Part shown: positions 26,926 to 35,581 of the stretch, piece after piece
Layout of the letters: each line of letters begins with the position of its first letter
Position numbering within the stretch: position 1 is the first letter of the stretch
Origin: Candidatus Cloacimonadota bacterium
GTDB taxonomy: Bacteria; Cloacimonadota; Cloacimonadia; Cloacimonadales; TCS61
Reading direction: 5' to 3'
Length of the DNA stretch: 64,000 nucleotides
Assembly (NCBI GenBank): GCA_030445745.1
Contig: JASUTE010000001.1
Coordinates: 7,664 to 71,663, forward strand
Notes under the pieces: generated by a model
What the model was told of the DNA's origin: nothing
Database searches by the model: none
What the model saw: only the letters and a program-made list of their open reading frames with translations
Program-made: the position numbers and the translations under genes

Positions 26926-27379
26926 ATGGCCTGGTATAAGTTTGCGCTTATCTCTGCTTTATTTAGTGCTGGTGCGGCAATTTTGGGAAAAAAACTCTTT
27001 TCAAAACTGAAGCTTTAGAATTTTCACTAATTCTAGCTTGGTGTAACCTGTTGTTTTCCTTGCCGTTGTTATTGGCAGGCAGTTTCCAATATTTCTTTGC
27101 TATTGTTATACGGAAAAACAATATTAGGGATGTTTTCCTTCCTCTGCGTGATGTATGGCATTAAAAATTTGGAAATTGCTGCTAGTGTTAACTCCTGGAC
27201 TGGCAGCATTAGCTGCTTTCCTATTTTGAGGAGCTGCCCTAACTTCTTGGGAAATTGTGGTAATGTTGACACTGGCAGGCATTTATGTGCAGCAGTTAGC
27301 GAATAAGAGCGATCTGCTGAGCCATTTAAACTCTTTTACTATTCCAAAGGGCATTACTACATCGTGGCTGCTTTGGTGA
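26926..27379 (+). pseudogene. Decayed small DMT/EamA-type membrane transporter gene
   Basis: The N-terminus MAWYKFALISALFSAGAAILGKK runs into a stop. Downstream frames encode further TM-like pieces (LILAWCNLLFSLPLLLAG; LTPGLAALAAFLF*GAALTSWEIVVMLTLAGIYV), interrupted by stops and at least one frameshift. Confidence 0.45.
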
Positions 27380-27386
27380 TATTATC

Positions 27387-27590
27387 TTAGTCTATTTTTT
27401 CTGCTTTGTAACCGGCTGCTTGCACTGCTTCTATCAATTCCTGCGATGAATGCTCGCCTTTTACCTTGGCCATTCCCTTTGCCAAAGATACTTTAACCTT
27501 ATCTACTCCATCTATAGAGTTTATGGCTTTTTCCACTCGCATCACACAATGTTTACAGGTCATACCGCTAATTTTGTATTTTGTTTGCAT
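27387..27590 (-). CDS. copZ: Copper chaperone CopZ (HMA domain)
   Basis: The 67-aa ORF contains 'GMTCKHCVMRVEKAI'. Confidence 0.88.
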   Translation of the reverse strand: MQTKYKISGMTCKHCVMRVEKAINSIDGVDKVKVSLAKGMAKVKGEHSSQELIEAVQAAGYKAEKID

Positions 27591-27594
27591 TTTT

Positions 27595-28650
27595 TCATCC
27601 TTTCTTGGTAAATTTATTTTTTAAAAGACGGTAAATGGAGGGTATAAGCACCAGTGTAAATAAACCGGTGAACACTATAGTAAACCAACTTACCCCTTCA
27701 TGTAAACTGATTTGTTTAGTTATTGCTGGAATTGCTTCCAAACTGAAAATATAATTTAGTAGGAAGCCGCCTAAAACGGCAAACACCGAAACTACTCCTA
27801 AATAGATAGCTACGAACTTTTTGCCCATAGTTTTTGCTATTAAAGTTATGGTGGCGGCATTGGTAGCGGGGCCAACTACCAGAAACACAAAAGCAGCTCC
27901 AGGGGAAATACCTTTTAGCATCAATGAAACAGCTATGGGAATAGAAGATGTGGCGCAAACATACATCGGTAATCCTACCACTATCATTAGTAACATACCC
28001 AAAAATCCATCTCCACCATATTTTAGGAAGAAATTATCGGGAATAAAAAAAGCTATAAAGCCTGCGATAATTATTCCCAATATCAAATGTCCAGCAATAT
28101 CATCTAAAAATTCTACATAAGCATAGTTCAAAGCATTGTAGGTCTTTTTCCAAATATTTGGCTTTGTCTCTGGGGTAATTTGGCAAGATTCACAATCGCA
28201 GGAAGTAGCTTCTGGATCGTCTTCTGTTTGTTGCTCAATTTGTTCATCTGGCGCTGTGTGATTGATAAATATTCCGCCAAAAATACCTGTAACAAAAGCA
28301 GCGATGGGACGGAAAATGGCAAACACAGGACCCATAAGGCCGTATGTTGCAACTACACTGTCTATTCCTGTTTGTGGGGTAGAGATAAGAAACGAGATGG
28401 TAGCACCAGGTGAAGCTTTCTGTTTGCGTAAATACAAAGTGGTGGGAATTACTCCACAAGAACAAAGAGGTAGAGGAACTCCCAGAAGGGCGGCTTTGAT
28501 TACAGAAAGGGTATTATTGCTTCCAAGATGTTTGGCAACCAGCTCACGTGTAAATACAAGATGCATGAATCCGGCAAAAAATAAACCTATAAAAAGATAT
28601 GGTGCCATTTGAATATAAGTTGTGAAGATTGCATTCCACAGTGAATCCAT
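27595..28650 (-). CDS. Permease of the DUF318 / SO_0444-like Cu/Zn efflux family
   Basis: The 351-aa polytopic protein has the 'PLPLCSCGVIP' motif and a cytoplasmic 'CDCESC' loop. It lies between copA and copZ. Confidence 0.65.
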   Translation of the reverse strand: MDSLWNAIFTTYIQMAPYLFIGLFFAGFMHLVFTRELVAKHLGSNNTLSVIKAALLGVPLPLCSCGVIPTTLYLRKQKASPGATISFLISTPQTGIDSVVATYGLMGPVFAIFRPIAAFVTGIFGGIFINHTAPDEQIEQQTEDDPEATSCDCESCQITPETKPNIWKKTYNALNYAYVEFLDDIAGHLILGIIIAGFIAFFIPDNFFLKYGGDGFLGMLLMIVVGLPMYVCATSSIPIAVSLMLKGISPGAAFVFLVVGPATNAATITLIAKTMGKKFVAIYLGVVSVFAVLGGFLLNYIFSLEAIPAITKQISLHEGVSWFTIVFTGLFTLVLIPSIYRLLKNKFTKKG

Positions 28651-28663
28651 AATTATTATTCCT

Positions 28664-30892
28664 TTATATTTCTAATTTTTCTTTTTTTAGCAGATTAGCA
28701 TTGGAAACCACGGTTACAGAGCTAAAAGCCATAGCAGTTTCGGCAATTACCGGGTGCAGCATTCCTAAAAAAGCTAGGGGAATAGCAACCATGTTATAGG
28801 CAAAAGCCCAAAACAAGTTCTGCTTAATTTTACGAAAAGTTTTCTGAGAGAGCAATACAGCTTTTACCACCGAGTTCAAACTGTTATTCACCAGTGTAAT
28901 ATCGGCAGATTCAATAGCGATATCAGTGCCACTGCCAATAGCTATGCCTACATCGGCCTGTTTTAGGGCAGGAGCATCGTTTATACCATCGCCAACCATG
29001 GCTACACGCCCGTACTTATTTTGCAGATCTTTTACTGTTGTCACCTTTTGATCTGGCAAGACATTGGCTATTACCTGGCTAATGTTAGCTTCTTTGGCAA
29101 TAGCTGCGGCTGTTTCCTGGTTGTCGCCAGTTAGCATCACAGTTCTAAAACCTAGTTTATGTAATTTACTAATAGCTGCAGCAGAATCGGGTTTTATCTT
29201 ATCTGCTATAGCCAAAACACCGATAACATGATCGGCCTGAGCTAGCATCACCACGGTTTTAGCCTGTTTTTGCAGTGTCTCTATTCTGAGCTTAATTTCC
29301 TCAGTCTCTATATTGTTAGCTTGCATCAATTCCAGATTGCCCAGCAGGAAATTGTTTTTGTTATGTTTGGCTTTTATACCGTGGCCTGCAATTATTTGGA
29401 AATCTGTCATATCTGCAGCTTCTACCTGTTTGGATTGAGCAAATTCCAAAATTGCTGTGGCTAACGGATGTGTAGAGCCTTTTTCGATGCCGGCTGCCAG
29501 TTTTAAAACTTCCTTTTCTTCCAGCTTGGAATAAAAATCGGTTACTTGCGGGGTTCCCCTGGTAATGGTGCCGGTTTTATCGAAAACTATTGTATCTATT
29601 TGGCGCATAGTTTGAATTGCTTCACCTTTGCGAATAAGTATACCATTTTCAGCGCCTTTGCCGCTCCCTACCATCAGAGCAGTAGGTGTAGCTAAACCCA
29701 AAGCACAGGGACAGGCTATTACCAGCACTGCAACTGCGGCAAAAATAGCCTGTGAAAGATAGCCTAGTTCCGGGTTTATCCAGGGTAGGAAATTAACAGC
29801 CCAAACTAGAACTTTTCCTAAACTTTGTGGGAAAATAAGCCAAACAGCCAACGAGATGATGGCAATTGCAATAACTGTGGGGACAAAGTATGAGGTTACT
29901 TTGTCAGCAAATTCTTGAATGGGAATTTTGGAATTCTGAGCTTCTTCTACCATTTTTATTATCTGCGATAGGAAAGTATCTTTGCCAATTTTGGTAACTT
30001 TTGCTTTCAAGTAACCTTGTTTCAAAATTGTAGCCCCTATTATGTTATCTCCAGCTGTTTTGTGTACCGGCATCGATTCACCGGTTGCCATCGATTCATC
30101 TATAGCTGCTTCACCTTCTATTATCTGAGCATCAGTGGGAATTTTGCTGCCAGCTTTTACGATAATGATATCGTCCACTTGTAGGGTTTCAACTGGAACT
30201 TCCTTTTCTGTTCCATTTTGTAAAATAGTAGCTGTTTTTGCCCCTAGTTCCAGTAGTTTCCGAATAGCTTGCGAAGCTTTTCCTTTGGCTTTGGTCTCTA
30301 TGTAACGCCCGGTAAGATGAATTGCCATGATCATAGCAGCCACTCCGGTAAAACTGGCTATTGGAATAAAAAAGTGCATTATGCCTGTGCTAAGTGCTGC
30401 TAATGTACCCATGGCAATAAGAACATCCATGTTTGCTCCACCATGCGTAACAGATTTAAAAGCAGAACGGTAAGTTGTGCTTCCTACTACAACCAACTGG
30501 ATTGCAGCCAATGTTAACATTCCAATATGATAAACTTGTTGGTTAGGCCAAGCTATTCCCCAAAACATTTCTGGTATCATCCACAACATTATGGGTATTG
30601 TGAAGATCCAGGCTGTCCACATACGACGGGCAGCAGCTTTTAATTTTTCTTCAGTGTTATCAGCTGTAGCATCTTCTCGACCTACTCTATAACCAGAATT
30701 TTCCACTGCTTTTACTAAACTATTCATATCTACCAATTCTGGATCGAACTCTATAGAAGCGACTTCAGTTGCCAAGTTCACGTTTGCTTTTTTTACGCCT
30801 TTGGTTTTGTTAAGCGCATTTTGCACAGCTGCTGAACAGCTGGCGCAGGTCATGCCGCTAATTGGTAGAATTTTATTGATAGATTTAGCCAT
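28664..30892 (-). CDS. copA: Cu(I)-translocating P1B-type ATPase CopA
   Basis: The N-terminal HMA motif is 'GMTCASCS'. The product also has the TM 'CPC' motif (IACPCALGLATP), 'DKTGTIT' and 'GDGINDAP'. Confidence 0.93.
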   Translation of the reverse strand: MAKSINKILPISGMTCASCSAAVQNALNKTKGVKKANVNLATEVASIEFDPELVDMNSLVKAVENSGYRVGREDATADNTEEKLKAAARRMWTAWIFTIPIMLWMIPEMFWGIAWPNQQVYHIGMLTLAAIQLVVVGSTTYRSAFKSVTHGGANMDVLIAMGTLAALSTGIMHFFIPIASFTGVAAMIMAIHLTGRYIETKAKGKASQAIRKLLELGAKTATILQNGTEKEVPVETLQVDDIIIVKAGSKIPTDAQIIEGEAAIDESMATGESMPVHKTAGDNIIGATILKQGYLKAKVTKIGKDTFLSQIIKMVEEAQNSKIPIQEFADKVTSYFVPTVIAIAIISLAVWLIFPQSLGKVLVWAVNFLPWINPELGYLSQAIFAAVAVLVIACPCALGLATPTALMVGSGKGAENGILIRKGEAIQTMRQIDTIVFDKTGTITRGTPQVTDFYSKLEEKEVLKLAAGIEKGSTHPLATAILEFAQSKQVEAADMTDFQIIAGHGIKAKHNKNNFLLGNLELMQANNIETEEIKLRIETLQKQAKTVVMLAQADHVIGVLAIADKIKPDSAAAISKLHKLGFRTVMLTGDNQETAAAIAKEANISQVIANVLPDQKVTTVKDLQNKYGRVAMVGDGINDAPALKQADVGIAIGSGTDIAIESADITLVNNSLNSVVKAVLLSQKTFRKIKQNLFWAFAYNMVAIPLAFLGMLHPVIAETAMAFSSVTVVSNANLLKKEKLEI

Positions 30893-31154
30893 CTTCTAAA
30901 ACCTGTTTTCTCTCTTCATATTCTTCTTTTGATATTTTACCTTTAGCATATTCCTGACGGAGAATTTCCAGAGCACTATCTTTTTTGTTTTCGGACTTAT
31001 CCCTATTGTTCTTGAAAAGAGAATGAACGATCGATATTATTAGCGCAATGATGAATATCCACAAGACCCAACTGAGCCAGGAACCTGTTAGAGAGCAGCC
31101 GCCACCATAGCCGGCTCCCCAAAATCCAACAGCATTATTTATAATTTGTAACAT
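30885..31154 (-). CDS. SHOCT-domain membrane protein
   Basis: The 89-aa ORF has a Gly-rich N-terminus plus a TM helix. The C-terminal 'ILRQEYAKGKISKEEYEERKQVL' is the SHOCT pattern. It overlaps the copA start by 8 nt. Confidence 0.65.
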   Translation of the reverse strand: MLQIINNAVGFWGAGYGGGCSLTGSWLSWVLWIFIIALIISIVHSLFKNNRDKSENKKDSALEILRQEYAKGKISKEEYEERKQVLEDG

Positions 31155-31163
31155 AATTACCTC

Positions 31164-31463
31164 CTATTTCATTAATTTGGAAACTGTTCGCATAAGTTCT
31201 TTTACCACTTCAGTTTTTCCTTCTTGGATCTGTTCTACCACACAACTTTGTACGTGAGCTTCCAGAAGCATTTTACCTACACTTTTCAAGGCAGATTGAA
31301 CTGCTGCTATCTGATTTAAGATATCATCACAATACACATCTTCCTGAACCATTCTGTTTATACCCCGTACCTGGCCCTCAATACGACCCAACCGAGCTTT
31401 TAGCTTATTTTTGAAATCAGCTGAGTGATGCGCATGCCTAACATCGCGAACTTCACATTCCAT
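31164..31463 (-). CDS. csoR: CsoR-family copper-sensing repressor
   Basis: The ATG at 31463 lies 7 nt after AAGGAGG. The sequence 'LKARLGRIEGQVRGINRMV....YCDDILNQI.AV..AL......LLEAHV..C' shows the CsoR/DUF156 C-H-C ligand layout. The longer track start is unsupported. Confidence 0.88.
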   Translation of the reverse strand: MECEVRDVRHAHHSADFKNKLKARLGRIEGQVRGINRMVQEDVYCDDILNQIAAVQSALKSVGKMLLEAHVQSCVVEQIQEGKTEVVKELMRTVSKLMK

Positions 31464-31475
31464 CTTTACCTCCTT

Positions 31476-31492
31476 ATACCCTATGGGGGTAT
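31476..31492. promoter_or_regulatory. CsoR-type operator ATACCC-N5-GGGTAT
   Basis: ATACCCTATGGGGGTAT lies 13-29 nt upstream of the csoR start. It matches the GC-rich pseudopalindrome (TACCC...GGGGGTA) known for CsoR operators. Confidence 0.7.
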
Positions 31493-31523
31493 ACAGAGAG
31501 GGTAAGTGTCTATCGCGAAAATG

Positions 31524-31557
31524 CAAATAAAAAAGGCATTCTTTTTAGGAATGCCTT
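31524..31557 (-). terminator. Rho-independent terminator downstream of the mscS remnant
   Basis: The stem AAGGCATTC/GAATGCCTT has a 7-nt loop. On the minus strand it is followed by TTTTTTATTT. Confidence 0.7.
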
Positions 31558-31584
31558 AGATTTATCCGAATATATTTTTATAAT

Positions 31585-31961
31585 CTATTGATGTATATGA
31601 ATATCTTGCTATGGAAATGGTATAGAGATATTTTCTTGGCTAAAACGTTTTTTTATTTTTCCATGAAGCTCGAAAGGTAATGTCCAGTAGTCATTGGTTT
31701 TCACCCAGAGGCGAACCACAAAATTTATATTGCTATCAGCCAATTCGGTAACTCCCACAGTTGGTTTAGGGTTTTTAATATGCGTTCATCTTCTTGCAAT
31801 ATTTGCCACAAGGTTTTCTTCACCTTATCCAGATCGTCGGAATAACTAACTCCCACCACCATATTCAGCCGGCGGGTTTCGTTAGCGGTAAAATTGGTAA
31901 TATTGTCGTTGATAAGTTTGGAATTTGGCACTATTATTTTGCGGTTATCAGGTATTTTCAC
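31585..31961 (-). pseudogene. Mechanosensitive channel (MscS family) remnant: C-terminal part only, frameshifted, with internal stop
   Basis: The 78-aa frame reads 'IIVPNSKLINDNITNFTANETRRLNMVVGVSYSDDLDKVKKTLWQILQEDERILK'. A second frame continues with 'NPKPTVGVTELADSNINFVVRLWVKTNDYWTLPFELHGKIKKRFSQENISIPFP*QDIHIHQ', with a TAG at 31609-31611. No TM region lies upstream. Confidence 0.75.
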
Positions 31962-32169
31962 TCACTGCAAGTCTTTACTAAGCCACCAAGCCCACTTTAA
32001 ATTTAAAATAAATTTCTAAGTTTAGAGATTTCTTGTAAAATTCCAAAATTTTCTCCACCTCCGGCGCTGTGCTCATCTTTTCCTAAAACCGGGGCTGTTT
32101 GGGACACGTTCATATTGAAACAAACAGTTAGGAGGAGGGGGGAGGATGATAAGGGGTCTGGGTAGAGAG

Positions 32170-32661
32170 TTAAAAGATATTCTCATTTTTAAGTGAAAAA
32201 TATCTATGGGTTTGCTTAAAATTTTTGATAAGCTGATAACAGGTAACAGAATCAAATGAAGTATCTTTTAAATATTTATTATCTCGTACTAAATTTTGAA
32301 AAGCTTCATTTGCATTTGATCCAGAAGAAAAACCTATCACTTGACAATTTTCAATATCAGGTTCGATTGAAATAGAATAAGGTTGATATGTAAAGCCTTC
32401 AGTGGAAATAAAAATAAATTCTTTTATTTCATCATTTAATTTGGTATTGTTTTTATTAATAATTTCTGAAACAAAATTATAAGCATCATCTTCTATTATT
32501 TCAATTACTTCATCAAAAGGTATTGAGTATTTTGTCATTTCTTGTTCGATTTTTTCATTAATATCTATTTTTAGAGTTTTAATATCATTTCCCCATACCA
32601 AAACAATTTTTTCCCTTTTTCTGCATTGGAAGAAATTATTGACAGACATTAAACTATTCAT
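32170..32661 (-). CDS. Hypothetical acidic 163-aa protein (no recognisable domain), partner of the PLD nuclease gene
   Basis: The ORF is uninterrupted, lies 34 nt downstream of and co-oriented with 32696-33502, and is D/E/N/I-rich. No motifs are recognised. Confidence 0.5.
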   Translation of the reverse strand: MNSLMSVNNFFQCRKREKIVLVWGNDIKTLKIDINEKIEQEMTKYSIPFDEVIEIIEDDAYNFVSEIINKNNTKLNDEIKEFIFISTEGFTYQPYSISIEPDIENCQVIGFSSGSNANEAFQNLVRDNKYLKDTSFDSVTCYQLIKNFKQTHRYFSLKNENIF

Positions 32662-32695
32662 TATCCTCCATCCTAACTATTTATATATTCATTTT

Positions 32696-33502
32696 TTAAC
32701 TATTATGTATAAACCACAGTTTTCGATAAACTCCATTACCTAAAAATTCTAGTAATCCTAGATCTCTTAATTTTTGAAGTTGTTGCCTAATTTTATCTAA
32801 AATGTGATGATTATTTGGATAAATGGTTTTCAAATGATTTTCATATTTGTTAATATCTTGAAGACTAAAGATGTTTTTGGGAATTTGCTCAAGACATTTA
32901 AAAATTTCTAACTTCCAACCTCTCAATGTTGATGAAATAAGTTCATCCGGTAAATCAATGATATCAAAATTATCTTCAGGGTTATCTATGTTTATTCTTG
33001 GTATTCTGATTTTTTTTATTTTGGGCATTTTTGATAATAATTGACGTACTTCAGCAATATTTTTTTCGCTAATTACTCCGATATTTTCATTGTTAAATAA
33101 GGTTTCAAAATCATTTTTAACTATCCCAACAGTTTTAATGTTATCAAAATATATGCCATATTCGAAATTATTTAATAGACCACCATTTGTTAAATTTGAA
33201 GAAGATATGATTGCTTTTTTATCATCAAAAATAAATATTTTAGAGTGTATTCTAGATAGGTTTCTTACATTCCCATTTGATTTTAATATTTTTTCTAAAC
33301 CTCCAATATCTAATGATCCCGAATATATATTCATTAATTTAAAAGAAGTTATTAAGTCCAATCTTACATTTTTCTTTTTTATATTCAAGATATCATCACA
33401 TATATTTTCTTTTACAAATGGGGAAGTGATCTTAATTGTCTTTTCCGTTTGTTGTACTAAATTGAGAAATTCTTTTTTCCAGGGAGTTTTAATAACTTTC
33501 AT
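32696..33502 (-). CDS. PLD-superfamily (single HKD) nuclease-like protein with C-terminal winged-helix/HTH-like tail
   Basis: The HKD signature is 'H86-S-K-IFIF-D-DKKAII-SSSN' (HxKx4Dx6[GS]SxN), present once. The C-terminal 'YPNNHHILDKIRQQLQKLRDLGLLEFLGNGVYRKL' resembles DNA-binding tails of restriction-type nucleases (from memory). Confidence 0.65.
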   Translation of the reverse strand: MKVIKTPWKKEFLNLVQQTEKTIKITSPFVKENICDDILNIKKKNVRLDLITSFKLMNIYSGSLDIGGLEKILKSNGNVRNLSRIHSKIFIFDDKKAIISSSNLTNGGLLNNFEYGIYFDNIKTVGIVKNDFETLFNNENIGVISEKNIAEVRQLLSKMPKIKKIRIPRINIDNPEDNFDIIDLPDELISSTLRGWKLEIFKCLEQIPKNIFSLQDINKYENHLKTIYPNNHHILDKIRQQLQKLRDLGLLEFLGNGVYRKLWFIHNS

Positions 33503-33597
33503 AAATAATCCATTTTATTTTTATTTAAAATTCTGCAATAAATCCACGACTGTCAAGCATAAAATTATTAACTAACGTAAATTATTTCTATAAACAC

Positions 33598-33622
33598 AAA
33601 GGGAGCACCTCACGATGCTCCC
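33598..33622 (-). terminator. Rho-independent terminator of the carboxyltransferase operon
   Basis: The stem GGGAGCA/TGCTCCC has an 8-nt loop. On the minus strand it is followed by TTTGTGTTTAT, 28 nt after the stop at 33650. Confidence 0.7.
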
Positions 33623-33649
33623 TTCTCTTTTCTATATTTTCTCTTTTAT

Positions 33650-35566
33650 TTATTCTTTAGGTCCTATCACCAGCAGTATATCGCCTTTACCCACCGATTC
33701 ACCTTCGCCGAACTTGGTTTCTTTTACCACACCGGTGATAGGCGCTTCCAAGTTGTTGAACATCTTCATAGCTTCCAGCACTACCACAGTGTCGCCTTTT
33801 TGCACTTCGTCGCCCTCTTTCACCTTATATTCCACTATCATGCCGGGAATAGGAGCCTGCAGAGCGCCGATGTCGCCTTCCTCCTCATCTGCTTTTTTCT
33901 TTTTGCGGCGGGGGCCGGATATCATAGCAGTAGCATTGGGGTCAGCTACTTCCACCTCGAAATATTCGCCATCTACATAAACATCGAAATTGCGCAGGTT
34001 AGCAGGTTTATCTTTCTTGGCTTTGGTGGTAAGCTCGCCCGAGAGTGCTTTGCGTACCAGTTCCTCTTCTGCTTTCACCTGTTCCATGGTTTTGGGTTTA
34101 GCTTCTTCGGGAACTTCGGCTTTGCCGTATTTCCATTTCAAGAAGCGCTTTCCGGTAACCGGATACAAGGCTACTATCAGCTCGTCATCAATATCTTTGG
34201 CTAGGTCTTTAACCTGTTCTTTTATTTTAGGAAGCTCCGGCTCCAGAATATCGCCGGGACGGCTTTTTATGGGTTCCTGTCCGCGTGGATAGTTCTTCAG
34301 TGCCTTTTCCTGAACTTTCTTATCAATCGGTTTGGTAGTGCGCCCGTAAAGCCCGAAGCAGAGATCTTTCACCTGCTCGGTTATAGAGGTATATTCCTCT
34401 TCACCTTTATCGAACAGCACATTATTCACAGTTTGAATTCCCACGATTTGGCTAGTAGGAGTTACCAGAGGTACCTGGCCCAGATCCTTCCTAACTTTAG
34501 GTAGTTCGTGGAACACATCGTTCAAGCGGTCCAGCGCATCCATCTGGCGTAATTGGTTCACTAGGTTGGAAAGCATACCGCCCGGGGTTTGATGCAGTAT
34601 CACGTTAGTATCTATTATCGAGAATTTGGTGGAATCGGCAAAATGTTTATATTTCGGAATCACCTTTTCCATTTCAGCACTTATTTTGGCCAGGTGTTGC
34701 ACGTCCATACCGGTATCGCGGTTGGTTCCCAGCAGGGTAATAACCAAAGGCTCGATAGCCGGGTGGGAAGTGCGGTAAGCATAGGGTGACATACAAGTAT
34801 CGATGATGTCCACTCCTGCTTCCACAGCTTTCAGCAGGGCCAGATCTCCCATTCCCGAAGTAAAGTGGGTGTGCAGGTGAATGGGAATATCGGTCTGCTG
34901 TTTCAGGGCACGAACCAGGTTGTAAGCATCGTAGGGGCTCACCAAACCGGCCATATCTTTGATGCAGATAGAATCCACACCGAATTCTTCCAATTCCTTG
35001 GCTTTATCCAAATAATATTGCAGGTTATAGGTGTCGCCGCCCATGCGCGGTTCAGTTAGCGAATAGCAGATGGAGCCCTGGAAGTGCTTACCGTTCTTTT
35101 TTATTATCTTGGCAGCTGTTTCAAAGTTCCTGAAATCGTTCAGCGCATCGAAAACGCGAAAAATATCGATACCGTTATCGCAAGCGCGCTGTACAAAAGC
35201 TTCTACAACATCATCTGCATAGTTCCGGTAGCCCACCAGGTTCTGGCCGCGCAGCAGCATGGAAAATGGTGTTTTTTTAATATATTTTTTCAGAGTACGA
35301 ATTCTTTGCCAAGGGTCTTCATTCAGGTAGCGGTGCATAGTATCAAAGGTAGCGCCGCCCCACATCTCCAGGGAATAAAATCCGGCTTCGTCCATCATTT
35401 CTGCCATTGGCAGCATATCTTCGGTCCGGCCGCGGGTAGCAAAAATACTCTGGTGACCATCACGAAAGCTGAGATCCTGTATCTTAACCGGATTTTCGGC
35501 TTGAGGACGGTCTTTATCGTAATTCATTTTGGTCATCTTGAGGATGCCATGTTTATCGTATTGCAT
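33650..35566 (-). CDS. Carboxyltransferase 5S / oxaloacetate decarboxylase alpha-type subunit fused to a C-terminal biotinyl (BCCP) domain
   Basis: The start lies 5 nt after GGAGG. The N-terminal region 'IQDLSFRDGHQS' marks a TIM-barrel carboxyltransferase. A Pro/Ala/Lys linker follows. The C-terminus has 'VLEAMKMFN', the biotinyl-lysine motif. Confidence 0.88.
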   Translation of the reverse strand: MQYDKHGILKMTKMNYDKDRPQAENPVKIQDLSFRDGHQSIFATRGRTEDMLPMAEMMDEAGFYSLEMWGGATFDTMHRYLNEDPWQRIRTLKKYIKKTPFSMLLRGQNLVGYRNYADDVVEAFVQRACDNGIDIFRVFDALNDFRNFETAAKIIKKNGKHFQGSICYSLTEPRMGGDTYNLQYYLDKAKELEEFGVDSICIKDMAGLVSPYDAYNLVRALKQQTDIPIHLHTHFTSGMGDLALLKAVEAGVDIIDTCMSPYAYRTSHPAIEPLVITLLGTNRDTGMDVQHLAKISAEMEKVIPKYKHFADSTKFSIIDTNVILHQTPGGMLSNLVNQLRQMDALDRLNDVFHELPKVRKDLGQVPLVTPTSQIVGIQTVNNVLFDKGEEEYTSITEQVKDLCFGLYGRTTKPIDKKVQEKALKNYPRGQEPIKSRPGDILEPELPKIKEQVKDLAKDIDDELIVALYPVTGKRFLKWKYGKAEVPEEAKPKTMEQVKAEEELVRKALSGELTTKAKKDKPANLRNFDVYVDGEYFEVEVADPNATAMISGPRRKKKKADEEEGDIGALQAPIPGMIVEYKVKEGDEVQKGDTVVVLEAMKMFNNLEAPITGVVKETKFGEGESVGKGDILLVIGPKE

Positions 35567-35581
35567 TCAAACCTCCGTTAA

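Noticed and set aside
31962-32169. Short ORFs lie in the spacer between the mscS remnant and the PLD cassette. Examples are a 36-aa minus-strand ORF, MNVSQTAPVLGKDEHSAGGGENFGILQEISKLRNLF, and a 16-codon plus-strand ORF after AGGAGGAGGGGGGAGG.
   Set aside because: They are too short and motif-free to call. The purine-rich run may simply be junction DNA. It is mentioned only as the likely islet boundary.
33090-33575. A 161-aa ORF lies antisense to the PLD nuclease gene.
   Set aside because: Its AT-rich, low-complexity translation (F/I/L/K/N-rich) has no motif. The opposite strand carries an intact HKD signature, so the minus-strand gene is the real one.
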